Source: a bacterium (GTDB taxonomy: Bacteria > Patescibacteriota > Minisyncoccia > Phycocordibacterales > UBA9973). From it: a DNA stretch of 64,000 nt. A program made the position numbers and the translations under genes. Below the pieces are notes generated by a model. That model did no database searches. It saw only the letters and a list, made by a program, of their open reading frames with translations, and was not told the DNA's origin. The DNA is taken from NCBI GenBank assembly GCA_037200905.1, contig JBBCGN010000001.1, forward strand, positions 180,795 through 244,794. The letters are read 5' to 3'. Of the stretch, positions 42,710 through 53,564 are shown piece by piece (the stretch's first letter is position 1; every line of letters starts with the position of its first letter).

Positions 42710-44767
42710 TTGTCAAGCACTATTTTATGCTATATTTACAGGGTGAAAAAGCTCAAACAGGGTCCTACCCCGACCAAGTCCGGCCAGCCCGAAAAACATA
42801 CTGACAAAGGCGCAAGGCTCGAAGGCCTCGCCCGTGATCGGGCTACGGCCGAGGGCACCATATCTATCAACTCAAAAGGCGTCGGCTACGTCAGGGTGCT
42901 CGACCGCGAAGACGATCCGGAAATACAGCCGAAAGACCTGCATACGGCCCTCCATGGCGACACGGTAGAGATCGCCCTCGGCAGCAAATCGCGCGGCCGG
43001 CAGATGGCGGAAATCACCAAGGTCATCAAGCGCGCAAAGCCCGGCTTTGCCGGCGTGCTCGAGCGCGAGAACGGCAGGACATTCTTCAAGCCCGACGACA
43101 GCCGCATGTACACCGACATCATCATCCCCGCAGGCCAAGAAAGCGGCGCCACAGCCGGACAGAAAGTCTTCGTGAAGATCACCTCCTGGGAGGACGGCAT
43201 GAAAGCTCCTGAGGGCCAGGTGGTAAAAATCTTCGGCACCCCCGGCGACAACAGCGTGGAGATGCACGCCATCGCCATGGAAAAAGGCTTCGATGCCGAT
43301 ATCGGCGGCAAAGCCGAAAGCGAAGCGGCCGCGATCAAGGCCCGCGGCATCCAAGAATCCGACTACGCCGGCCGCCGGGACTTCCGGAAGATCCTGACCT
43401 TCACCATCGACCCGTCGGATGCCAAGGATTTCGATGATGCCCTGTCTTTCGAAGAACTGAAGGACGGCGATTTCGAAGTGGGCATCCATATCGCCGATGT
43501 TTCCTACTATGTCCGCCCTGGCAGCGAGCTCGATATCGAAGCCCGCGAGCGCGGCACCAGCGTGTACCTCGTCGACCGCACTATCCCCATGCTGCCGGAA
43601 GTGCTTTCAAATGATCTGTGCAGCCTCGTGCCGGAGGCTGACCGCCTGACCATGAGCGCGGTATTCGTCATGGACCGCGAAGCGCGGGTAAAGAGCGAAT
43701 GGTTCGGCCGCACCATCATACATTCCGCCAAGCGCTTCACCTACGAAGGCGCGGAAACATCCATCAAGGACGCGAGCGCACCGCTGCACAAAGAACTTTC
43801 CATACTGAACGCCATGGCCAAGCAGCTCACGAAAGACAGATTCGCCAAAGGCGCCATTTCCCTCGATCAGGAAGAGGTGAAATTCGTCCTCGACGAGAAC
43901 GGTGTGCCGATCAAGGTCGTCAGGAAAGAGCGCGGCGACTCGAACAGGCTCATCGAAGAATTCATGCTGCTCGCCAACCGCAAGGTAGCGGAAAAGATTT
44001 CCGGCGTCATAGCAGGCAAAAAGGACAAGAAGGAGGATGAAGAGGGCGACAGTGTCTTCGTCTACCGCGTGCACGACCTGCCGAGCAAGGAAAAGATGGA
44101 AGACTTGGCATTCTTCCTGAAGAGCCTCGGGCACAAAGTGGCGCTCGAGAACGGCATCATCCCTTCGTTCGAGCTCAACAAGATATTGGCAGACTTGGCC
44201 GGCACCGGCGAGGAAGACACGGTAAACCGCGCCGTCATCCGCTCCATGGCCAAAGCCGTCTACTCCACCAAGAACATCGGCCACTACGGCCTGGCATTCG
44301 AATATTACACGCACTTCACCTCCCCCATCCGCCGCTACCCCGACATCGTGGTACACCGCATCCTGGCCGAATACGTGGCAGGCAAGAAGATCGGCAAGGA
44401 GCGCATCAAGGAATACGACACCATCTCGCGGATATCTTCCGAGCAGGAAAAGCGCGCGAGCGACGCGGAACGGGCCAGCGTGAAATACAAGCAGGTGGAA
44501 TACATGTCCGTCCGCGTCGGCCAGGAATTCAACGGTGTCATCTCCGGCATCACCGAGTGGGGCATGTACGTGGAAGAAGTCGAGACGAAATGCGAAGGCC
44601 TGGTGCGCACCCGCGACATGACGGATGATTTTTACGTATTCAACGAGAAGAAGCTCGAACTGGTAGGAGAAAAGAAGAAAAAAGTATTCCGCCTCGGCGA
44701 CAAGGTCAGGATAAAAGTGGCAGGGGTTGATTTGGAGAGGAAAAACATAGATTATGTATTAGTATGA
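42710..44767 (+). CDS. rnr: ribonuclease R (RNB family 3'-5' exoribonuclease)
   Basis: RNB core: FTIDPSDAKDFDDALS, YLVDRTIPMLPE, HYGLAFEYYTHFTSPIRRYPDIVVHR. C-terminal S1 domain: VGQEFNGVISGITEWGMYVE. The start is uncertain (TTG at 42710 or GTG at 42743). Confidence 0.9.
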   Translation: MSSTILCYIYRVKKLKQGPTPTKSGQPEKHTDKGARLEGLARDRATAEGTISINSKGVGYVRVLDREDDPEIQPKDLHTALHGDTVEIALGSKSRGRQMAEITKVIKRAKPGFAGVLERENGRTFFKPDDSRMYTDIIIPAGQESGATAGQKVFVKITSWEDGMKAPEGQVVKIFGTPGDNSVEMHAIAMEKGFDADIGGKAESEAAAIKARGIQESDYAGRRDFRKILTFTIDPSDAKDFDDALSFEELKDGDFEVGIHIADVSYYVRPGSELDIEARERGTSVYLVDRTIPMLPEVLSNDLCSLVPEADRLTMSAVFVMDREARVKSEWFGRTIIHSAKRFTYEGAETSIKDASAPLHKELSILNAMAKQLTKDRFAKGAISLDQEEVKFVLDENGVPIKVVRKERGDSNRLIEEFMLLANRKVAEKISGVIAGKKDKKEDEEGDSVFVYRVHDLPSKEKMEDLAFFLKSLGHKVALENGIIPSFELNKILADLAGTGEEDTVNRAVIRSMAKAVYSTKNIGHYGLAFEYYTHFTSPIRRYPDIVVHRILAEYVAGKKIGKERIKEYDTISRISSEQEKRASDAERASVKYKQVEYMSVRVGQEFNGVISGITEWGMYVEEVETKCEGLVRTRDMTDDFYVFNEKKLELVGEKKKKVFRLGDKVRIKVAGVDLERKNIDYVLV

Positions 44768-46723
44768 TCCGCGGCCCGAGGGAAATGAAACTGGTATTCG
44801 GCATTATCGCATGCGTGATACTGAGCTTCGTGTTCGCCTCGATATATATGAGGACCTCTGCCGGGTACGAAAAGATTCCCCAGGACAAGAGCGCACTCTC
44901 TCCGAGAGAAAACGAGCAGCCGGACCAGGCGGACAAGCCGCTGCAAGGCTTTCTATTTCATAAAAGACGCGAAGAAAAAGCCGCAGGTATCCGCGGAAGC
45001 CTACTATGTCGGCGATCTCGATACCGGAGAAGTGATACTCGCCAAGAACGAGGAAAAGATCTTCCCTATCGCCTCCGTTTCCAAGCTCATGACCGCCGCA
45101 GTATCCGAGGATACGGAAGACCAGAATGACATCACGGAAATCAGCGCGAAAGTCCTTGCTACCGAGGGCGAGAATGGCGACCTGCGCACGGGCGAAAAGA
45201 TCCGCGTCGGCGACCTGATATATCCGCTCCTCCTCGAATCGTCGAACGACGCGGCAGAAGCCATCGCTGCCGATTCCGGCCGCGGCGCTTTCATCGCCGC
45301 CATGAACGACAAGGCCAAAGACTTGGGCCTTGCCTCTACGGCATTTGCCGACCCTACCGGACTCTCGGAACAGAATGTTTCGACCGCCAAAGACCTTTTC
45401 ACATTTTCAACATATCTCAAAGCCGAAAAACCGGACTTGCTGGCCATGACTATCAAACGGAGCTACAGTAACAAGAAGCATACGTGGTTCAACAACAGCC
45501 AGTTCTTGGGCGTGAACGGCTACGAAGGCGGCAAGCGCGGCTATATCAACGAATCCCTGCAGACCGCAGTATCGCTCTTTACCCTGCCGCTGGGTTCATC
45601 CGGCACGCGCAATATCGGCATCACGGTCCTGCGCAGTCCCGACCGATATAAAGACGTACAGAATATATTGAATTACCTCAAGCGCAACGTATATTACGGC
45701 GGTGATGCCGATGCCGATCTGGCCTGGGTCAAGCAGAAAGAAAGCCCGCTCGCCGGAGACTATGCCCTGCTGCCGAAGATCGACGCGGTACCGGATATAT
45801 TCTCGACCATCACGGAACGCGAGCCGGATACCGTCAGCATGCTTTTCGGCGGAGACATCATGCTCGACCGCGGCGTGAGGAATTCCATCATCAAGAATTT
45901 CGGCGGCGACTATTCCGCCATGTTCGAGCACCTCGGCATATTCCATGATACCGACATCGTCTTTGCCAACCTCGAAGGCCCGGCGAGCGACAAGGGCGTC
46001 GACCGTCACAATCTCTATTCTTTCCGCATGGACCCGTCAGTCATACCGGCCATGAAAGGCGCAGGCGTGAGCATCCTCTCCGTGGCGAATAATCACGTCG
46101 GCGACTGGGGACCGCTCGCCTATGCCGACACTATCGCCCGTTTGAAAGAAAATGAAATCCTCTATGCCGGCGGCGGCACGAATGCGCATGAAGCCGAGCA
46201 GCCGCAAATCATAGAGAAGTACGGCATGAAGATCGGCTTCATCGGATTCTCCGACAAGGGCCCGAACGATTTGGCTGCCAGAGAGGACAATCCAGGACTC
46301 CTCCTCGCCAGCAATCCGCGGTTTGATGAGATCGTACAGAACGCCGCCAAGCAGGTAGATTTCTTGATCGTATCGTTCCACTTCGGCGAAGAGTACGAGG
46401 CGAAGCACAACGAGCGCCAATCCTACCTCGCCCACAAGGCCATTGACGACGGCGCCAAGATAATCATCGGCGCCCATCCGCACGTGGTGCAGGATTTCGA
46501 GACATACAAAAATGGATATATCGCTTACTCCCTCGGCAATCTCATTTTCGACCAGTACTTTTCGTCGAGCACCATGCAAGGAATGCTCCTCGGCATCGAC
46601 GTGAACAGGGACGGCAGCCTCGTCGTCAATAAGAATATCGTGCAACTCAACCGCGCCTTCCAGCCGGCAAAAATCATCATGGGCAAGGATGAGAAAATAG
46701 CATTTCCTGCGAACACGCAATAA
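44764..46723 (+). CDS. fusion of a D-alanyl-D-alanine carboxypeptidase (S11) with a CapA-type metallophosphatase domain; one frameshift
   Basis: TM segment MKLVFGIIACVILSFVFASIYM. Frame switch near 44940 (...ADKPLQ|KAFYFIKDAKKKPQVSAEAYYVGDLDTGEVILAKN). S11 motifs: SxxK IASVSKLMT and SxN LLESSND. CapA-type text: VFANLEGP, SVANNHVGDWG, IIGAHPHVVQ. The start overlaps the rnr stop (ATGA). Confidence 0.8.
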
Positions 46724-46728
46724 TTTTT

Positions 46729-48929
46729 TTATTTCGCAATAGCGGCAGCCTCGTCGAACTTCACGGAGAGGAGCTTGGAAGCCCCGTCGGCGCCGATGGT
46801 CACACCGTAGAGTACGCCGGCGCGCGACATGGTCTCGCGGTTGTGGGTGACGACGATGAGCTGGGAATGCTTGGAGAGCTTTTCGATCATGTCGCCGTAC
46901 TTGCGGGAGTTCGCCTCGTCGAGCGCGGCATCGGTCTCGTCGAGCACGAGGAACGGCGGCGGATTGACCTGGGACATGGCGAACAAGAGGGCAATAGAAA
47001 CGAGCGAGCGCTCCCCGCCCGAGAGGGCGTGCAGCTCTTTCACTTTCTTGTGCGGCAACGAGACGTTGATCTCGATGCCTTCGCGCGTCTCTTCCTCGTC
47101 GTCTTCCGGTTCCGGCTCAGGCTCTTCGTCAGGATCTTGTTTGGCGCTTTTCTTGCGCTTCTGTTCCGCCACGATCGAGAGCGAGCCTGTGCCGCCGCCG
47201 AACATGAGCGAGAAGAATTCCTGGAACTCCGTATTTATCTTCCGGATGCCTTCTTTGAACTCGATATCGATCTTTTCTTTCAGTTCTGCCATGAGCGTCT
47301 CGAGCGATTTCATGCTGGCATCAAGGTCGATCATCTCCTTTTCGAGAAAGGCGTCTCGATCGACGGTGTCCTGATACTCTTTCATGGTCTCGCCGACGCC
47401 GATGGAGCCGTAGTCCTCGAGCTTGATCTTCAGGCGCTCGATGTCCTTCTTCAAATCTGCCTTGTTCACATCATCCGGCATGGTCTCCGGCTCGTGCTTG
47501 AACAGAAGGCCGAGTATCGCTACGGCTTCTTTCTGCTCGTTCTTGAAATCCTCGTCGATGCGGGAAAGATTGTCATGACGGCCGCGGATGCCGGCAAGCA
47601 CGGAGTTGAGCTCCGTCTTCTTGATATTCCATTCATAGCGGCGGGCGTTCGCCAAGCTCCTCGTCTCGCGGGATTTCTCGAGGTCTTCCTTGGCCGGGAG
47701 ATTTCTTCGGACAGGTTCTTCTCTTCGTCGGCGATTTCCGCGAGCTTCTTGTTTATCTCGTCGCGGGCGCCTTCGAGTTCGGACAGGTCGATCGTGCTTT
47801 CGCCGCCCTTGTCGAGGCCGTCGATGAGAGCGCGGATGTCTTCAAGCGCATGGCGGAGGGAAATGATATTGTCGTCTTCGAGCGCAGCCTCGATGGTCTT
47901 ATTGAGAGCCTTGATGAATTCGTTTATTTCCGCATCGGTATAGGTACGGTCTTTCTGGGTGCGCAGGGCGGATTCGAGCGAGCCTTCCACGCGGCCGAGC
48001 TTGCGGAGCAGTTCTCCGGATTCCGATTTGAGGGCGAAGATGCGGGTCTCGATGCGGGAAAGAGAATTCTCTTCCTCTCCGCCGCTCGATTTCGATTCGG
48101 CGGGAAGCGAGGCGATCTCGTGCTCGATATCCCTGATCTCGTTCTTCACCTTTTCCTCTTCGCTCCGCATGCTTTCCTTTTCGGAGGCGATATATTCGTT
48201 CTCGATCTTGAAATAGATGGCATAGAGCCCTGCAAGCTCTTCGCGCATGTTCTTTCCTTTCTCTATCTTCTGCACTTGTCCGGCGAGGAATTTCAGGTGC
48301 GGCGCGATCTCGCGGCGGAGGAGCGTCACTTCTTTCATGTTCTCGGCGGTGCGCTCCAGCTTGCGCTCCGAATCGCGGATCTTGTACTGATAGATTTTCA
48401 GGCCGAGGGCATCTTCGATCATCTCGCGGCGGTCTTTCGAAGAAGCGTTCAATATCCTGTCCGCTTCGCCCTGGGAGATGATGTGATGGCTCGACGAGCC
48501 GATATGCACGGAGGAGAGCAGATTATTGATATCCTTCAGGCGCACTTCGCTGCCGTTCAAGATGTATTTGTTGAGGCCGTCCGGATAGACTTCGCGGGAA
48601 ATCGAGACGACGTCGTAATTCAAATTCACTTCTTCCCCTGCTTCGTTCGAGAGCTTGAAAACTTTGTCCTTGTTATTGAAATAGATGGTGACGCTCGCGC
48701 GCGTGCCTTTCGGCAAAGCTTTCGAGCCTTTGAATATGAGATCGGTGCCGGCCTTGCCACGCATGGACTTCATGGACTGCTCGCCGAGCACGAAGCGGAT
48801 GGCCTCCACCACGTTCGACTTGCCGGAGCCGTTCGGGCCGACGACGGAAACTACCGGATGTTCGAATTCAAGCGTAGTTTTTTTGGAGAACGATTTGAAG
48901 CCGTTGATTTCTAAGTTCGCAAGTCGCAT
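46729..48929 (-). CDS. smc: chromosome segregation protein SMC (short form, ~735 aa), one frameshift
   Basis: N-terminal head FKSFSKKTTLEFEHPVVSVVGPNGSGKSNVVEAIRFVLGEQS. C-terminal head LSGGERSLVSIALLFAM and PFLVLDETDAALD. ORFs 47520..48929 and 46729..47655 join as ...EKNLSEEIS.|AKEDLEKSRETRSLANARRYEW near 47695 (GG run). Confidence 0.85.
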
Positions 48930-48944
48930 ACAAAATTATTTGGA

Positions 48945-49639
48945 TTAGTCGAGCCAGTTCTTGGCTTTTAATGCCGCTTCGGCCGCCTTCTGCTCCGCTT
49001 CTGCTTGGATTTGCCCTTGCCTTCGGCGATATGCTCCGCGCCGAAGAAAATGCCCACCGTAAAATGCTTGTCATGGTCTGGGCCGGCTTCATGCATCACC
49101 TTATATGATGGCGTAACGGAGGCGTATTCCTGAGCCTTTTCCTGAACGAGGGATTTCGCGTCGCGCCACAGTTTCTTTGCTACGATTTCCTCTATGTGCG
49201 GCAAGAGCGTCGTAGTGACGAATTTTTCTGCCGTCTTGTAGCCGCGATCCATATATACGGCGCCGATGTAGGCTTCGTATGTGTTCGCAAGGATGTATTG
49301 GCGGGCCTTGCCGTTGTCTTTGGCTTCGCCGCGGGAAAGCAGGAGGAAATCGTTCATGCCGGCGGCCGATGCCACTTCGGAAATGATGACGGCATTCACG
49401 AGGGCGCTGCGGAGGGCCGTGAGCTCGCCTTCGGTGTGGCCCGCATATTTGCGGTACAGGAAATCGGTGACGATGAGCTCGAGCACCGCGTCGCCGAGAA
49501 ATTCCAGGCGCTCGTTATGCGAGAGTCCCATGGAAGGATTCTCATTGATATAGGAGCGGTGCACGAAAGCCTGCTTGAGCAAGGCCTTATCCTTGAAAAC
49601 TATTTTTGTCTTTTTCTCGAAATCTGAAAATTGGATCAT
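48945..49639 (-). CDS. rnc: ribonuclease III, C-terminal frameshift
   Basis: Signature NERLEFLGDAVLELIVTDFLY. dsRBD: SYKVMHEAGPDHDKHFTVGIFFG. The track ORF ends in a KRSRRRPKRH tail. Restoring one base near 49001 gives GKSKQEAEQKAAEAALKAKNWLD*, with the stop at 48945. Confidence 0.9.
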
Positions 49640-49676
49640 AATGTCGCTCGAAGTGCCAGGCTTTGGCTTTTGAATT

Positions 49677-49698
49677 TGCTAGTGCCCAGGGCCTAAGG
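49677..49698 (+). repeat. 22-nt intergenic direct repeat, copy 1
   Basis: TGCTAGTGCCCAGGGCCTAAGG is identical to 50652-50673. It lies 38 nt upstream of the rnc start on the minus strand. Confidence 0.85.
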
Positions 49699-49699
49699 C

Positions 49700-50605
49700 C
49701 TACTGCCTATCCTTACTGATAATCTCGATAGCCTTTGAGATGAGCGGGATGATGTCGTTGTAAATGCGCAGCTCCGGAATCTCGGAGAGCTGGAACCAGC
49801 GGGCATTGTCGAGGCCGCCGGAAGACTCGAGCACGAGCTCGCGATATTCGCTCTCGGCGAGGAAGTAGGTCACCTTCTTCAGGCTCTTGCCGCGCTCCGG
49901 ATGGCTGGCCACGTACTCGTTGACGCCCAGCTTCTCGATGATGGTGATGTCGAGGCCGATTTCTTTCTTGATCTCCTTGACCGTGCCGTCTTCGAGGCTG
50001 TCGCTTTCTTCGACATGGCCCTTTGAGAGGGTCCAGTAGCCGAAGACGTCATGCACGAGGCCGAAATACGTCTGGCCGTCTTTCTTCGCGTAGATCAGGG
50101 CGCCGCCGAGCCTCTCGACCGGCAGCTTGGTGATGTCGACGGGCTCGTCGGACTTTTTCTTCTTGCTCGTCTCTTCCTTGCCCGGTTCGCCGATCTCTTT
50201 GTAGACCGCGCCGAGCACGCCGTTCACGAATTTGCCGGAGTTTTCTCCGCCGAAGGTCTTGGCGAGCTCGATGGCCTCGTTGATGGCCACTTTCGGCGGT
50301 ACTTCCTTGCGGTCGCCGAAGAGCAGCTCGACGAGGCCGATGCGCAGGATGTTCCTGTCCACGACGGAGATCTTTTCGATGGGCCAGTCGGGAGCGGCGC
50401 GCTCGATGATCTCGTCGATGATCTTCTGCTTCTTGAGAATCTCGTCCACGAGCGAGAATACGAAAGTTTCGTCCTCGAGGCCGGGAGCGAATTCGTCGAG
50501 ATTGCGCTTCATGACGGCGTGGACGTCCAGCTTTTTGCTATTGCTAAAATCCCACTCGAAAAGCGTCTGAAGTACTATTGATCTAGAAAGGTGCCTGTTT
50601 GCCAT
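49700..50605 (-). CDS. nusB: NusB antitermination factor fused to a C-terminal Nudix hydrolase domain
   Basis: NusB text: MANRHLSRSIVLQTLFEWDF, AINEAIELAKTFGGENSGKFVNGVLG. Nudix box: GHVEESDSLEDGTVKEIKKEIGL. Confidence 0.85.
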   Translation of the reverse strand: MANRHLSRSIVLQTLFEWDFSNSKKLDVHAVMKRNLDEFAPGLEDETFVFSLVDEILKKQKIIDEIIERAAPDWPIEKISVVDRNILRIGLVELLFGDRKEVPPKVAINEAIELAKTFGGENSGKFVNGVLGAVYKEIGEPGKEETSKKKKSDEPVDITKLPVERLGGALIYAKKDGQTYFGLVHDVFGYWTLSKGHVEESDSLEDGTVKEIKKEIGLDITIIEKLGVNEYVASHPERGKSLKKVTYFLAESEYRELVLESSGGLDNARWFQLSEIPELRIYNDIIPLISKAIEIISKDRQ

Positions 50606-50651
50606 GATTTTAGGCGCTCGGCCCTAGGCGTTAGGCGTTAGCATGTTGCTC

Positions 50652-50673
50652 TGCTAGTGCCCAGGGCCTAAGG
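50652..50673 (+). repeat. 22-nt intergenic direct repeat, copy 2
   Basis: TGCTAGTGCCCAGGGCCTAAGG lies 46 nt upstream of the nusB start on the minus strand. Confidence 0.85.
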
Positions 50674-50691
50674 GGCCTCATCGCTACGTAA

Positions 50692-50922
50692 TTACTTGCC
50701 CGCTGCTGCCTGCTTCGCCTTCGCTTTTTTCTGCTTCTTTTCCGCCTTCTTCACCAAGTCTATCACTTTCATGCCGCGATAAAAGCCGCAGTTGGTGCAG
50801 ACGGTATGGCCTTTCGTCGGGGCCTTGCAGTTAGAACATACGGCGAATTTCACCTGCTTGAGGGCATGGTGGGAACGTCGGTTCGCCGTATGCGATTTTG
50901 TGTGTCTCATTCGTACTACCAT
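50692..50922 (-). CDS. rpmF: 50S ribosomal protein L32 (Zn-ribbon C+ form) with a Lys/Ala-rich tail
   Basis: MRHTKSHTANRRSHHAL plus CSNC...CTNCGFYRG. Confidence 0.85.
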   Translation of the reverse strand: MVVRMRHTKSHTANRRSHHALKQVKFAVCSNCKAPTKGHTVCTNCGFYRGMKVIDLVKKAEKKQKKAKAKQAAAGK

Positions 50923-50995
50923 AATGTACCTATACTAGCATATCCCCCGACAAATGCAAACGAGCCCAGTGGCATAAAGATATAAATGTGATATC

Positions 50996-52253
50996 ATGGA
51001 AAATATGGAAAAAGAAGATATCAAGGACGACAGCCGGGACCACAAGAGGCTCGGGCGAGAACTGGAACTCTTCACGTTCAGCGACACCGTAGGCAAGGGC
51101 CTGCCGCTCTGGCTACCGAAGGGCGCCACGGTCCGCCGCGAACTCGAACGCTTCATCGTGGACGAAGAGATCCGCCGCGGATATCTCCATGTCCGCACGC
51201 CGGACATCGCCAAGCTCGACCTCTACAAGAAATCGGGACACTACCCGCACTACAAGGATTCCATGTATGCGCCTATCGTGATCGACGACGAGGAATTCAT
51301 GCTCCGTCCGATGACCTGCCCGCACCACTTCGAACTGTATCTTTCCAAGCCTCACAGCTACCGCGAGCTGCCGATGCGCATCGCGGAACTGGCCCAGCTC
51401 TACCGCTACGAGCAGTCCGGCGAACTGATGGGGCCTCCAGCGCGTGCGCACCTTCTGCCTTTCCGACGCGCACATCATCTGCGCCACGGAAGAACAGGCG
51501 GTGGAGGAGATCGGCAAAGCGCTTGACCTCATCGAATACGTCACGAGCGTGTTCAACCTGAAGCTCGATGTGGATTACCGATACCGACTGTCTCTCGGCG
51601 ACAGGGCCAACACCGAGAAATACTACAAGAACGACGAGGCCTGGGAGAAAGGAGAAGGCCTGCTCCGCCAGCTGATGCAGTCCCGCGGCTCGAAATTCGA
51701 AGAAGCGAAGGATGAGGCGGCGTTCTACGGGCCGAAGATCGACATCCAGATGAAGAATGTGAACGGCAAGGAAGATACTGCCTTTACGGTACAATACGAC
51801 TTCTGCATGCCGAGCCGGTTCAATCTCACCTATATGGGCGAAGACGGCGCGGAGCACGAATGCTTCGTGGTCCACCGTTCCTCCATCGGCGCCATCGAGC
51901 GCATCATGGCTTTTCTCATCGAGAAATACGCCGGCGCCTTCCCTCTCTGGCTCGCGCCGGTACAGGTGAAAGTCATCCCGGTACGCGATACGCATAATGA
52001 ATATGCGAAGAAAATCACGGATGCGCTGAAAGAACACGACATCCGCGTCGACCTGGACGACAGTGATAGCAACCTCGGCGGCAAAGTCCGCGACGCGAAG
52101 AACAACAAGATCCCCTACTGGATCGTCATCGGCGACAAGGAGATCGAAGCGGACAAGGTCACGCTCGAATCCCGCGACCGGGGGCCTCTCGGGCAGCTCT
52201 CGAAAGAAGACTTACTTTCAAAATTTCTCGAAGAGATAAAGAATAGGAAATAA
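50996..52253 (+). CDS. thrS: threonyl-tRNA synthetase, minimal form (catalytic core plus anticodon-binding domain, no TGS/editing domains), one frameshift
   Basis: [30 protein letters not shown]. The frame switches at the GGGG run 51430-51433 into [16 protein letters not shown]...[17 protein letters not shown]...[14 protein letters not shown]. Confidence 0.9.
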
Positions 52254-52255
52254 AA

Positions 52256-52280
52256 AGGCTCCCGGACTGTGCGGGAGCCT
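52256..52280 (-). terminator. hairpin terminator between the convergent thrS and 52281 genes
   Basis: AGGCTCCCG (52256-52264) pairs with CGGGAGCCT (52272-52280). On the minus strand it is followed by TTTTTA. Confidence 0.65.
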
Positions 52281-52628
52281 TCATGCTGGAGCCGTGGCGA
52301 AAATTCCTGACTCTGCCAAGACGAATTTCACCGTGATGCAGAAGTCGGCAAAACCCTCGCTTGTCCCGTTGCGGGTATATTTCGCCGGCTCATCCCTGAA
52401 CAGGTCGCACAGTTCTTGCTTGAAGCCGAGCTCGCGGCCCGCGAGAAACTCATCGACAGCTTGATTGCGCTGTATATATAGGGATCTCTCGTCCAGGGGC
52501 TCGAACTGTCCTTCGAGGAATTCGCCCTCATCGCCGATCTTGTTCACCCGGGCTTTTTCATAGAAATGCAGGATGAGGCCGTACATGGCCCTGCCTAGGG
52601 GCTCGTAGCCGTTTTTGTTATTTCCCAT
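52281..52628 (-). CDS. hypothetical protein
   Basis: ORF 52281..52676. I take Met17 (MGNNKNGYEPLG) as the start. No motif recognised. Confidence 0.4.
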   Translation of the reverse strand: MGNNKNGYEPLGRAMYGLILHFYEKARVNKIGDEGEFLEGQFEPLDERSLYIQRNQAVDEFLAGRELGFKQELCDLFRDEPAKYTRNGTSEGFADFCITVKFVLAESGIFATAPA

Positions 52629-52728
52629 TGTTAAGCGATTTGCCCGCACTATAGCACTGGCCAGCCGATTTGTCACTGGCTTGCATTTGAGCCGGTTTTG
52701 CCTATAATCAGCGGAGAATCAAGATTGT

Positions 52729-53235
52729 ATGGAAGAAAAAACATTGCTCGAAGCCACGCTCTGCTTCCTCATCAAGGACGGTTATGTCATCCTTGCCATC
52801 AAGGGCAGGAATATCGGCAAAGGACTATGGAACGGCTATGGCGGAGACATCAAGCCGGGCGAGACGCTCGTACAAGCTCTGATCCGAGAACTGGATGAAG
52901 AATCGGAAATGCAAGTTCTGCCTGAACAGATCGAGAAAAGGGCTGTAGTCGATTTTCACAATACCAAGAGCGACGGGAGCGTCTTTACCTGCCGGGTCCA
53001 TGTGTACTTCGTACACAACTGGCAAACCATGCCGAAAAGCACTATTGAGATGAAGTACCCACGGCCTTTCCCTTTTGATGCTCTGCCGCTCCGACGCATG
53101 CTGCCCGCAGACCGCATTTGGCTGCCGCTCGTCCTCGCAGGAAAGAAAATCACCGCCGAAGCCTGGTACGGGCCGTTCCAGAAGGGACTGCTGAGAGAAG
53201 TCATCGTCAAAGAAGTCGATTCATTGCCGAACTAA
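52729..53235 (+). CDS. Nudix hydrolase (MutT-like)
   Basis: Nudix box GYGGDIKPGETLVQALIRELDEESEM. Confidence 0.85.
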   Translation: MEEKTLLEATLCFLIKDGYVILAIKGRNIGKGLWNGYGGDIKPGETLVQALIRELDEESEMQVLPEQIEKRAVVDFHNTKSDGSVFTCRVHVYFVHNWQTMPKSTIEMKYPRPFPFDALPLRRMLPADRIWLPLVLAGKKITAEAWYGPFQKGLLREVIVKEVDSLPN

Positions 53236-53261
53236 AATGCCCCACCGAAGTGAGGCATTTT

Positions 53262-53507
53262 TTATTCAAGAGTCGCGATAAAACTTTTTATTCTTTGATA
53301 GTATTCCCTTCCTTCTTTGTCTCTGTATTTTTCTTCATTGTGGGACATGTATTTCTCCAGATTAGAGATGATCCATCTTTTCTCCTCAGCGTTCTCCGGC
53401 TTCTGGCTCTCCTCGATCTCCTGACTATTTCCGAGGCTCTGGATGATCGAGTCGTACTTCCTGCTCCAGCGCAATGTTTCTTCTATGTTTGAAAATTGAT
53501 CTTCCAT
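53262..53507 (-). CDS. hypothetical small charged protein (81 aa)
   Basis: ORF in a low-GC patch. No motif recognised. Confidence 0.4.
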   Translation of the reverse strand: MEDQFSNIEETLRWSRKYDSIIQSLGNSQEIEESQKPENAEEKRWIISNLEKYMSHNEEKYRDKEGREYYQRIKSFIATLE

Positions 53508-53564
53508 ATGCGTGTGTATGAGCTTAATTTAATATTCGCACCCGCACTTGCGGGCCCGCCCCTA

